In this document: piece after piece, positions 24,424-32,808 of the stretch
How positions within the stretch are numbered: position 1 is the first letter of the stretch
Layout: the number at the start of each line of letters is the position of its first letter
Source: Candidatus Micrarchaeota archaeon
GTDB lineage: Archaea; Micrarchaeota; Micrarchaeia; Anstonellales; Bilamarchaeaceae
DNA: 57,724 nucleotides
Reading direction: 5' to 3'
NCBI GenBank assembly: GCA_018304385.1
Contig: JAGVWJ010000015.1
Coordinates: 1 to 57,724 of the forward strand
Program-made: the position numbers and the translations under genes
Notes under the pieces: model-generated
The model's input: the letters and a program-made list of their open reading frames with translations, nothing else
Told to the model about the DNA's origin: nothing
Database searches by the model: none

Positions 24424-25695
24424 CTAGGCTGCCCTTCTATCAACCATTGGTTTCTGTGCAACAATAACTCGAGCAATATCAGAACCTGGATGAATTCTTC
24501 CTTTTGCCTTTTGAATGCCCCAGATAGGAAATCCCTGTAACACGCCCCTTGTTCTTCCTGTTATTAAACGCTCTCTTGATATTTCGTCTCCTGTTGCTAC
24601 CTCTGGGGCACTTGCAAATTCAGGTGTTCCTCTCGTCCTTCTCATTTCTTCTTCAATTCTTTCTCCATAAAATGTTCTCATGATCTCAAGTAGATCTATC
24701 TCTAAACCATTTACCCTGAATTTATCCAATCTTTGCTGACTAGATTCATGGGCTTCAAAAACAGGAGAAGGATCGAGGCCCCTTGTAATAATTAATCTAC
24801 TAAGTTCGCGCCAAAAAGCAATCATCTCTATATTGGCTTGAATTTCCTCTCTTGTTAATTTAGAATTAACATCCGCTACATTGCTAGTTCTAAAAAATGT
24901 ACGAAAATCATGAAGTGCATCTGAACTTGCACCAAGCTGTTCTAAAAAATATGCAACAGTTGCTGGATCGTGCCATATTGTAGTATGATAATCCCCAGCA
25001 ATTACAAAACCACCGGGCCTAAGAACGCGTAATAGTCGTTTTATATACGCACCATCAGGAAAATGATGAAAAACTGCATTTGAAACGACTATGTCGACAC
25101 TATTTTCATCTAAGCTAGATAGCACATCTTTTTCTATTCCGCCAGACGAAATTAATTTGTGTTTTCTCCCAGCAAAAAAACTTTCTAAACTTTTTTCTGC
25201 TCTCTGACGACAATCTGTAGAAGCATCACTTATTCTTAACTCAATCTGTTCATGCAAACTGTCAAAAAATAATGCGCGCATCACTGATACGCTTGTCTCT
25301 CCATCACCACAACCAATATCAATTAATTTATATTCATCGCGTCTAGCTACGTCATTCAGTGTTGATATTATTAATTTAACAAATTCCCCAATTGTTGTGT
25401 TTAATCCCTGGTCAACTCCAACCAAACCAGAACTATGCGCAGCATCTTTTATCGCTCTGATCCAATTAGATGGCGGGTTAGCCCTGCCATCCCCCCATTC
25501 ATTAAGATAGGACATTTTTGCCAGAGTGCGAACTTCTTCTCTTTCTTCTTCAGATGTTAAGACAACACCCCAATTTGGAAGTGCATGTTCTATTATCCTA
25601 GATAATGGACCAAGAACTATTGGTATTCTTAATCTCTTAGAATTATCAAGATCAGAAAGAAATTCACTAACTCTATCGAAATCAACATTAACCAT
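24424..25695 (-). CDS. class I SAM-dependent methyltransferase with long N- and C-terminal extensions
   Basis: Motif I LIDIGCGDGETS, later VSNAVFHHF and LRPGGFVIAGDY. Confidence 0.7.
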   Translation of the reverse strand: MVNVDFDRVSEFLSDLDNSKRLRIPIVLGPLSRIIEHALPNWGVVLTSEEEREEVRTLAKMSYLNEWGDGRANPPSNWIRAIKDAAHSSGLVGVDQGLNTTIGEFVKLIISTLNDVARRDEYKLIDIGCGDGETSVSVMRALFFDSLHEQIELRISDASTDCRQRAEKSLESFFAGRKHKLISSGGIEKDVLSSLDENSVDIVVSNAVFHHFPDGAYIKRLLRVLRPGGFVIAGDYHTTIWHDPATVAYFLEQLGASSDALHDFRTFFRTSNVADVNSKLTREEIQANIEMIAFWRELSRLIITRGLDPSPVFEAHESSQQRLDKFRVNGLEIDLLEIMRTFYGERIEEEMRRTRGTPEFASAPEVATGDEISRERLITGRTRGVLQGFPIWGIQKAKGRIHPGSDIARVIVAQKPMVDRRAA

Positions 25696-25749
25696 ATGTA
25701 TATTCTTTGACGATCTATTTATAAATATTGTGTTTATATAATGTAATAT

Positions 25750-26565
25750 ATGTCAAGAAGGTTTAGGGATATACTCTTAAGGCGAGGGGGAGGCAGTTCT
25801 GATTCTGATACTAGAGAGAGAGATTTTGATAAGAGACTTGAGGGAGCTCTAAGAAAAATAGGTGCGGGAAAAGGAGAAATAGAAGAACTAAAAGCTGGAT
25901 TAGCCTCAGATAAAACACTACTCGTTAGAAGGGCTTTCAAATACTTCGCTCCGTTTTATAGAGGTCATATGGAGCAAACAGGACATTTTAGGGCCCTTAG
26001 AGAAGGATTGGACTTTGCCCTTGAACAAGGTGTTTTTAGAACAGCATCACTATTGGATGCAACAGCTGGCGGTGGCGAGGCAATAAGATATCTAGCAAGT
26101 TATCTACGTTCTGTTGGCGTAGATGTGACAGCAAATGATTTTAGCCCTGAGATGCTAGATATAGCAAGAAAGGCATTAGCCAAGGAAATGAATAAAGGAT
26201 TGGTAGTAAGTTTTACAGATTGTGACATTAAAGATATACCGCCTGATCGTAGATATGAAACTGTGTTAGTTACTTTTAGTGGTCATGACATACCTGAACC
26301 AAAGCAAAACTATTACAGGAGATTAGTTGAGATTACTGGTCGCTATTTAGTTCTTGCTGATGAATGGCCACGCGTAGTCTCAAGCTCAAAGGTTCTTCCA
26401 GGACATGTCGGTGACTTATTAGATTTAGCAGAAACAGAACTTCCAAGGTCTAGATTAAACACAATTATTCAAGATGTTTGTGGTATGAGGCCAGTTATAG
26501 ATAGAACATTCCCGATAGATACTAAGCACAAACTATATATATTAATATTTGAAAAACCACAATAA
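25750..26565 (+). CDS. class I SAM-dependent methyltransferase
   Basis: LLDATAGGGEAIRYL..ANDFSPEMLDIARKAL. Same subfamily pattern as 44206..44880 (NDFS..ML..AR). Confidence 0.65.
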   Translation: MSRRFRDILLRRGGGSSDSDTRERDFDKRLEGALRKIGAGKGEIEELKAGLASDKTLLVRRAFKYFAPFYRGHMEQTGHFRALREGLDFALEQGVFRTASLLDATAGGGEAIRYLASYLRSVGVDVTANDFSPEMLDIARKALAKEMNKGLVVSFTDCDIKDIPPDRRYETVLVTFSGHDIPEPKQNYYRRLVEITGRYLVLADEWPRVVSSSKVLPGHVGDLLDLAETELPRSRLNTIIQDVCGMRPVIDRTFPIDTKHKLYILIFEKPQ

Positions 26566-26608
26566 ATAGTTTGAAAAATACATCGGAACAAATAATAATA
26601 GGGAGAGT

Positions 26609-27457
26609 ATGGTTGTTGAATTAATGGCACGTGCAGGCGCAGGAGCGCAAAGCTCTAGTGGACCCAAAAACACTACTGTAACTAGAAGACCAATGAGGGA
26701 TGTATTAGTAGAATTAGATAGGCTTAGACCTTCAACTGAAAGACTAACTGCGGTTATCGCAGAAATGACGTATGTTGAAAGGATGACAATGTTACATAAA
26801 TTATTATCTAGAAGAACCGAACAAGGGGGTACAAATTATAATGAACTTCTTGTTAGGACTGGTAGAGCTGAAGGAATAAGAAAGATATTACAACAATTTA
26901 GGGACATACTTAAAGCTGGTATTGTAATCTTAGATGTTGCAGCAGTGGATGGAACAGTACTTAGAATAGCATCAGAAGTTGCTTCAGGAGAATTTGGAAC
27001 TGTTCATGCAAATAATCCATTTGTATCTACTTATAGAGCTGTGAAAAGAACTTTGAAGCCACTATTTGAAGATAGACTCATGTGCCCGATACTAAATCCA
27101 TTAGAGGATTTTGCTGGAGTTATTCCTGGGGTTGATGTAGTAATTGTTGCATTAGCAGCACACCATGTAGAGAATGGCGATAAGAAAAAATTATTAATAA
27201 ATGCAGCTAGGGCTGTTAGACCAGGAGGACATTTAATATTAATAGAACCATGGCCAGTTGTTCCATTGAACGGCGGAGCTTGTGATCCAATTATAACTAC
27301 ATTATTTAATTCTTTAACATTTCCAACAAGAGATATGGGTAAGCTTAGAGATATTGTTATTGAAATGGGTGGAATGACAGAACAGAATACTACAGGTACT
27401 AGCGTACCATTGCCAGACGGCAGTAAACTATATGGTGCTGATTTTCAAAAAATATAA
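26609..27457 (+). CDS. methyltransferase-like protein (degenerate motif I)
   Basis: ILDVAAVDGTVLRI (glycines of motif I replaced), VVIVALAAHHV, VRPGGHLILIEPW. Confidence 0.5.
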   Translation: MVVELMARAGAGAQSSSGPKNTTVTRRPMRDVLVELDRLRPSTERLTAVIAEMTYVERMTMLHKLLSRRTEQGGTNYNELLVRTGRAEGIRKILQQFRDILKAGIVILDVAAVDGTVLRIASEVASGEFGTVHANNPFVSTYRAVKRTLKPLFEDRLMCPILNPLEDFAGVIPGVDVVIVALAAHHVENGDKKKLLINAARAVRPGGHLILIEPWPVVPLNGGACDPIITTLFNSLTFPTRDMGKLRDIVIEMGGMTEQNTTGTSVPLPDGSKLYGADFQKI

Positions 27458-27471
27458 TAAGCATTGCATTA

Positions 27472-27942
27472 TTACAGTGGATTATAATCGCTAGGTCTCT
27501 TGAAAGTACTTAGTACAATCTGAGTATTTGTTTTAGATATCATCATATTTTGTTGCATTTTTTTTAGTACTTCAACTAGTTGCTCTCTGCTCTTTACACG
27601 AATAATAGCTATTGCATCAAACTGACCTGTGATAGTGTATAATGCTTCTAGTTCAGGTATCTTTTTTATGTCATCAAACTCCCACATACTTTCAGCAATC
27701 TTTGATTTTTTAGTTCTTATCATTGAAACACCATGATAGTCATAACCAAGCTTGCGGTAATCAATGTCAGCGTAATACCCAATTATAACCTTCTCCTTCT
27801 CTAATTTCTTTATACGTTGCATAAGCGTATTCGGGTGTATGCCAAGCTTGGTCGCAAGCGCCCTGTAGCTTTGTTTGCAATCATTCTTTAACTCGCGCAA
27901 TATCGCAACATCGACGACATCCATATTGTTTTTATGCTCCAT
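27472..27942 (-). CDS. Lrp/AsnC family transcriptional regulator (single HTH + RAM domain)
   Basis: DVAILRELKNDCKQSYRALATKLGIHPNTLMQRIKKLEKEKVI plus a C-terminal ligand-binding domain. Confidence 0.9.
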   Translation of the reverse strand: MEHKNNMDVVDVAILRELKNDCKQSYRALATKLGIHPNTLMQRIKKLEKEKVIIGYYADIDYRKLGYDYHGVSMIRTKKSKIAESMWEFDDIKKIPELEALYTITGQFDAIAIIRVKSREQLVEVLKKMQQNMMISKTNTQIVLSTFKRPSDYNPL

Positions 27943-27996
27943 AATTTCACCTCTACGTCAATTGACTATAGTAAAAAGCTAATTTTAAGTAAAAAC

Positions 27997-28040
27997 AATG
28001 TATATTTGTATGAAACATTTTTAAATTTAATGTATATTTG
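27997..28040. promoter_or_regulatory. two direct copies of aatgtatatttg in the Lrp divergent promoter region
   Basis: Copies at 27997..28008 and 28029..28040, 32 bp start to start, between lrp-like (27942<-) and ->28103. Confidence 0.4.
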
Positions 28041-28102
28041 CACAGCTTTTTCTGCGAAACATATATTAACAACCTAATTTCAATACCCACTAGGGGGTAA
28101 TT

Positions 28103-28411
28103 ATGATGGATGTTTTGAAATCTATATTTGGTGAAGAAGATCCATACGTAATGAAAAAAGAATTTTTCTCTCTCACATCAGAATTCGAGAAAAGCGTTAC
28201 AACTGAGGTTAAAGAAGATGTTGTGGATATGGCATTACGACTTCGAAACATGCTTCGTGGAAATATAAAACTCAACAGATCTGAGAAAATAAGAATATTA
28301 AAAGTAATAAACCGCGCAAAGGTGCGCGCGTTATTGGCAGGTACTGATGATGGAACCAGAATATTCAGAGATCTTGATTCTGTAGGAAGCGATATACTAA
28401 AACTTATGTGA
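28103..28411 (+). CDS. hypothetical protein
   Basis: SD gggggtaattATG. 102 aa. The antisense ORF 28090..28491 is low-complexity and rejected. Confidence 0.4.
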   Translation: MMDVLKSIFGEEDPYVMKKEFFSLTSEFEKSVTTEVKEDVVDMALRLRNMLRGNIKLNRSEKIRILKVINRAKVRALLAGTDDGTRIFRDLDSVGSDILKLM

Positions 28412-28438
28412 TTTAAAAAATAAAACGAGGTGGAAGAT

Positions 28439-28858
28439 ATGAAATCAGTAACAGTAGTTGCGGAAGATAGGGTTGGTTTATTAGCAGACATATCTTACAT
28501 TCTAGGAAAGTCTAGTATTAATATTGATGCTCTAAGTGTTGATGTTGTTGGAAAGAAGGCAATAATTGCATTAACTGTGAAAGATCCAAAACACGCTGGC
28601 TCAGTGCTAGAAAAAAATGGATTCGGAATAGCGGAAATGGATTCAATAGTAATAAAATTGCCTAATAAGCCGGGCGAGATAAACCGCATTGCAGATAGAT
28701 TAAATGAAGAGAAAGTAAGCATTGAGAATATGCACATATTGAGCACTGACATGAATGGTGGTGTGTTTGCGCTAAACGTTGATAAACCGCGTAAGGCTGT
28801 GCGCTTGCTGAATGAATTTGTCATTAGCCCAGAGAGTAATAACAATATGGGATATTGA
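28439..28858 (+). CDS. ACT-domain protein (two ACT repeats)
   Basis: VTVVAEDRVGLLADISYILGKSSINIDALSV and a second IVIKLPNKPGEINRIADRLNEEKVSIENM. Start at ATG 28439 after GAGGTGGA. Confidence 0.75.
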   Translation: MKSVTVVAEDRVGLLADISYILGKSSINIDALSVDVVGKKAIIALTVKDPKHAGSVLEKNGFGIAEMDSIVIKLPNKPGEINRIADRLNEEKVSIENMHILSTDMNGGVFALNVDKPRKAVRLLNEFVISPESNNNMGY

Positions 28859-28932
28859 CTACTGCAATCAGCATTGGGCCATCGGCAATGAGCAAACGTT
28901 TGACTCATGGCTGACGGCTGAATGCTCAAAGC
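28859..28932. repeat. heptad-periodic array R3: two inverted half-arrays
   Basis: ctgcaat cagcatt gggccat cggcaat gagcaaa | cgtt | then the reverse complement of gagcatt cagccgt cagccat gagtca. It begins 1 nt after the ACT gene stop. Confidence 0.7.
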
Positions 28933-28956
28933 ATCATACTGTTATGTGTGGTATTA

Positions 28957-28995
28957 CCTACATAGTGTAGGCGTGGGGGGCGCAAGCTCCCCACG
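28957..28995 (+). other. two adjacent GC-rich hairpins in an AT-rich spacer
   Basis: cctaca-tag-tgtagg (28957..28971) and cgtgggg-N10-ccccacg (28972..28995). Confidence 0.4.
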
Positions 28996-29054
28996 AAAAT
29001 ATTTCTAAGCCGTTAGCACTCATTTATAAACATTTATTAACATATAATAGAAAT

Positions 29055-29873
29055 ATGGAACTCGTTAGTAGAATTGCTAGAAAAGCTGAAGGGCATAAAA
29101 TTTATCTAAGGGCAAGGTGGCAACTTGGAAAAATTAAAAGCGAACCAGTTATGCTAGGTATTACACATAGTGACGAAATGCTGCCACATGTTAAGAGAAT
29201 ATTAAAATTTTTAAAAGACAGGGGCCGCACAAGATTAGGAATAGAATTACCTGAAAACTACATAGAAGAAAGTTTAAAAATAAGATTTTTTTCGCAGATT
29301 ACAGAATATGCCCAAAAACTAGGTTATTCCATAATTCCTTTAGTAGTTGCATTACACAATGATGAATTTAATACGAGAAGGGAGGGGAGTGGTAATGCAC
29401 TTGATATGCTATCAATTAACGATTGGGATAGCAACAAAGCGTCATTGCATGTAAGGCACGAATTAAAAGCAGTCCTCGCGCGTATAGCAATACTTGTGCA
29501 AGTAAAAGTAAGCGGTATTGAAACGATAAGGTATATGCCACCTGAGATTACTGCAGGTATTTTTACCGAGGAGATAGCACGAGACTTAAGTTCTGTTAGT
29601 GCACGTGATATTACACTTGCTGAAGCAAGACTTATGCGATGGTGCTCTTCTCTTCAATATGCGATTTATTTAATAGAAAATAAAAGTGTGGATGAAATAA
29701 AAGAAATTTTCAGAAGTGCAAATGAAGAACTTGATGCGTATATGGTAGCTACAATAAAAAGGGAACTACCTAATCTAGTCGTAATTGGAGACGGGCATGC
29801 AAGGGCAATTAACCATCAAATAGGCTATGCGCATGTTCAGATGTCTATTTCAAACTTAACCTGGAATATGTAA
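29055..29873 (+). CDS. hypothetical protein, possibly TraB/Tiki/ChaN-superfamily-like
   Basis: N-terminal LGITHSDE..RLGIELPENY and C-terminal VVIGDGHARAI resemble the GxxH..E..GxxH layout of TraB/Tiki-type proteins. Weak, motif level only. Confidence 0.4.
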   Translation: MELVSRIARKAEGHKIYLRARWQLGKIKSEPVMLGITHSDEMLPHVKRILKFLKDRGRTRLGIELPENYIEESLKIRFFSQITEYAQKLGYSIIPLVVALHNDEFNTRREGSGNALDMLSINDWDSNKASLHVRHELKAVLARIAILVQVKVSGIETIRYMPPEITAGIFTEEIARDLSSVSARDITLAEARLMRWCSSLQYAIYLIENKSVDEIKEIFRSANEELDAYMVATIKRELPNLVVIGDGHARAINHQIGYAHVQMSISNLTWNM

Positions 29874-29874
29874 G

Positions 29875-30969
29875 CTACGTAATAATTTTTTCTATTTTTT
29901 TCATCTTTATTGCATCGTTTAGCTCGATTGCGATTCTTCTTCCAAAGCTTATTCCTTCGCCAAATAGATAATGAGAATAAGGTGTGAATCTCGTACCGGG
30001 CGAGCCTGGCATTCTAAATGAAACATCAAATGTTGTAAACTGCTCTTTACCATCTCGCTCTTCAATTGCGCCTTGCAATGCGAATGGCCCAATTATACCA
30101 GGTGCATATTCTTTTTGTACTGTTGCAACAAATTTCTCTGCCTGTGTAAAAACATCTTCTAATAGGCTTTCACGTACTGTGCATGCAACATGACCAACTT
30201 CAATATTGTTCGGTTCTCTGCTTTTAAGCGCTTCTAATTGAATATCAGCAGGCATTCTTAGATAACCATCCAATGTTGTTTGCCTGCGCATATCTATACC
30301 CAATAGCTCGAGTTCCTCGTGCAATGGAGAATAAAAGAAATTAAAATTAAAATGCGCGCCAATTACAAATTCTTCTATCTGCGCTTTTTTCAAATCAGCT
30401 TCTGTGATTTTGCCATTGGCTATTAGCTTTTGGCTTTTGGCTAGATATTCATCATAAGAACTTGCAACAAAAAATGCACGTTCATATTTGCGCTTTGCCT
30501 CATTCACCTTTATAACTGCCAATTGATCTATTTTTTCTGGTGTGCTTATTATGCAGGGCGCATTTATATTTGCTTTTTTTAATAAATCATACTGATTATT
30601 TTGCGCGTTTCGCTCTTCAGCACGCAATAGATGGCGATTACCAAAAATAGGAATATGAAAATTCTTTTCGATATTATCATAGCCAACATAAACTGCAAAG
30701 CTGCGATTTGGAACGAAAATTGCGTTGCGCTTTTTCAAATGAGAGATTACATTTGAATTAATCATCTCACTAAATTTATTTACTAGAACAACCTCATCAA
30801 CGCAGCCTACTGGCTTACCAGAACGCTTTCGCGTTTTATAATAAGATAGATATGTTTTTTCTCTACCGCGCTGCGCAACAACTAAATTAGCAATGCCTTC
30901 TTGCCTCGCGCCATTACAAACATCTAATGCAGAATGAGACCCTAATGTTGCGATTGTATATTTGACCAT
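29875..30969 (-). CDS. PurP-family ATP-grasp protein, paralog 2
   Basis: IATLGSHSALDVCNGARQEG and collinear similarity to 23344..24384. Confidence 0.8.
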   Translation of the reverse strand: MVKYTIATLGSHSALDVCNGARQEGIANLVVAQRGREKTYLSYYKTRKRSGKPVGCVDEVVLVNKFSEMINSNVISHLKKRNAIFVPNRSFAVYVGYDNIEKNFHIPIFGNRHLLRAEERNAQNNQYDLLKKANINAPCIISTPEKIDQLAVIKVNEAKRKYERAFFVASSYDEYLAKSQKLIANGKITEADLKKAQIEEFVIGAHFNFNFFYSPLHEELELLGIDMRRQTTLDGYLRMPADIQLEALKSREPNNIEVGHVACTVRESLLEDVFTQAEKFVATVQKEYAPGIIGPFALQGAIEERDGKEQFTTFDVSFRMPGSPGTRFTPYSHYLFGEGISFGRRIAIELNDAIKMKKIEKIIT

Positions 30970-31008
30970 GCTATATAATGAATAAAAAATAATAAAAAGA
31001 AATCGGAA

Positions 31009-31821
31009 TTAGAATAATGCAACATTAAGACTTGCATGCATAGTGTAAGCTGCGCCAACACCTTGCCTACTTTGAGCAAGAGCTGTACAATGTACCTCAT
31101 CGCGAGCTAACAGGCCAATGTATGCATTAGTAATTCTAAGAAAAGATCTGGTGTCTAATGTTTGCGGTACTCGCTCACCTATTGGAATTCCAGTTTTGGC
31201 ATCTGTGAGATACCAACCGCCACCGTCTGAAATATGGGTAATTAAATGTATATTTTCTGCTGCGATTAGTTCGTATCTATTATCGCCTAGATTAACAACG
31301 CTGAAATCTGGGTGTTCAACAACTAGTGCAGCATTTTCTAATCCCCTAAACCGTTGCGGAACTTTAAATAGTATAAAACAATTTACATCATCATAAGGAT
31401 CCTTGGAGTTAAAAACTACTTCCTCTCCAAAAGGCGTATCTGGCTTTTCGTAAATAATTAGCGTGCCTGTCCATGTCCATGTCAAACTATAATGCAACTG
31501 TTCTATAGTTTCTATATCTGCATTCATTAAAATCCTATCATGGACATCATTTGGAACAAGTATTTTGCCTTCTTTTTGCGCTAATGCTAAGGCTTCAAAC
31601 AAGTTCAACCTTTGATAAAAATGAATTGCCTGTAATGCTTGTTCTGGAGTCATTTCTCTAAGCATTTGTCTTCTTGCGCGTAAGCGTTCTAGTTCGCTGC
31701 CTTCTAGTTGTTGGCTTCTTACTTCGTGCTTTTCCTCTGGTTTAAATCTTCTGAATATATCGTTTGCGCGTAATCGTTGGCCCATTGCACATTGCTCAAG
31801 GCCCATTGCTAATCTTCTCAT
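31009..31821 (-). CDS. orphan family protein (paralog of 40798..41613)
   Basis: Shares RAND.F.RFKPE..HEVR..ELERLRARRQMLR.MTPEQ..FEALALA..EGK..VPNDV and TGTLI.YEK.D.PFGE.VV..VP.RFRG with the paralog. The 5' codons are built from heptad array R4. Confidence 0.6.
   Translation of the reverse strand: MRRLAMGLEQCAMGQRLRANDIFRRFKPEEKHEVRSQQLEGSELERLRARRQMLREMTPEQALQAIHFYQRLNLFEALALAQKEGKILVPNDVHDRILMNADIETIEQLHYSLTWTWTGTLIIYEKPDTPFGEEVVFNSKDPYDDVNCFILFKVPQRFRGLENAALVVEHPDFSVVNLGDNRYELIAAENIHLITHISDGGGWYLTDAKTGIPIGERVPQTLDTRSFLRITNAYIGLLARDEVHCTALAQSRQGVGAAYTMHASLNVALF
31777..31811 (-). repeat. heptad-periodic array R4 (inside 5' coding end)
   Basis: Minus sense reads tagcaat gggcctt gagcaat gtgcaat gggccaa, encoding LAMGLEQCAMGQ. 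Confidence 0.65.
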
Positions 31822-31852
31822 GTCATAAAATTAGTATCTATGTGTTTATAAC
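31822..31852 (-). promoter_or_regulatory. conserved leaderless promoter of the orphan family (copy 1)
   Basis: Minus sense ttataaacacatagatactaattttatgacATG versus attaaaaacacatatctactaattatatcacATG at 41614..41644. The TATA-like box is centred about 26-27 nt before the ATG. Confidence 0.5.
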
Positions 31853-32197
31853 TTTTCCTATAACGTGGTCTAGCATAGAAAAGTAAGCGCAAGTAATCTC
31901 TCTATTGGTTAGGTAAAAACCTTTTCATAAAAGTTTTATTAAAAGGGAAAGCTACGTGATTGTTTTGGTGATAAACATGCGTAACATAAAAAACATCGTA
32001 GCGGTTTATAATCTATCAATAAAGATGCTTGAGGTTCAAGACAATATGGGTAGATCTAGGCCTATTAATACTGATGAATTTGCACTATCGTTTGACTTTA
32101 AGCCAAAACTACCTAAAAATATAGAAGCAAAACAAACAGATTCTAGGTTTAGGTAGCCGGGCATACGTATTTATTCTCTTTTTTCTATTTTTTATTC

Positions 32198-32797
32198 ATG
32201 AGTAAATTTTACGGAATATTTACAGCAATAATGGCTATATTAGTGTTTCTCATTTTTTACACACCATATCTTGCATTAGCTGGCAATGCATTTGCAGATT
32301 GGCTTTACAATCCAGGTTTCTCCTGGGCATGCCATCAAAAGATTTCACGATCTTTATGCATGTTCAAAGATTCGAATGGGAATTATTTTATTGCTGATTG
32401 CATAAAACAGACTAGCAGTTACGTCCAGAATGATAATAGAATTATCAGAACTACAAACGAACGCGGAGAAGTAGGTTATAAAATGCCTGTGTGCTCCAGA
32501 GATATTGCAATTTATGGAGCTATGCTAATTGCTGCTGTAATCTATCCATTTATGCGAAAACTAGATGATAAAAATGTACCACCCAGCATGTATTTATTGC
32601 TTGCACTTGTACCAATTGGGTTGGATGGAGGACTACAACTTTTATCAGAGCTAGGCATTCAAATGTTTGGAGCATATGAAAGCACGAATTTAATACGAAT
32701 GGTTACTGGTGCAATAGCTGGCTTTGAATTACCATTTTATATATTTCCATTGTGGAATTACTACAGAACGAAGAAAAAGGATAAAAAGAAGAACTGA
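32198..32797 (+). CDS. DUF2085-like integral membrane protein
   Basis: CHQKISRS and PVCSRDIAIYG motifs in the order seen in DUF2085. 4-5 hydrophobic helices. Confidence 0.6.
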   Translation: MSKFYGIFTAIMAILVFLIFYTPYLALAGNAFADWLYNPGFSWACHQKISRSLCMFKDSNGNYFIADCIKQTSSYVQNDNRIIRTTNERGEVGYKMPVCSRDIAIYGAMLIAAVIYPFMRKLDDKNVPPSMYLLLALVPIGLDGGLQLLSELGIQMFGAYESTNLIRMVTGAIAGFELPFYIFPLWNYYRTKKKDKKKN

Positions 32798-32808
32798 GGA
32801 ATAACATT

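Noticed and set aside
31956-32156. 66-aa ORF (GTG start; ATG 31978 gives 59 aa) in the 376-nt spacer upstream of the DUF2085-like gene
   Set aside because: It has no SD or well-placed TATA and no recognisable features. It is left unannotated, though the unusually long spacer could hide a small gene or RNA.
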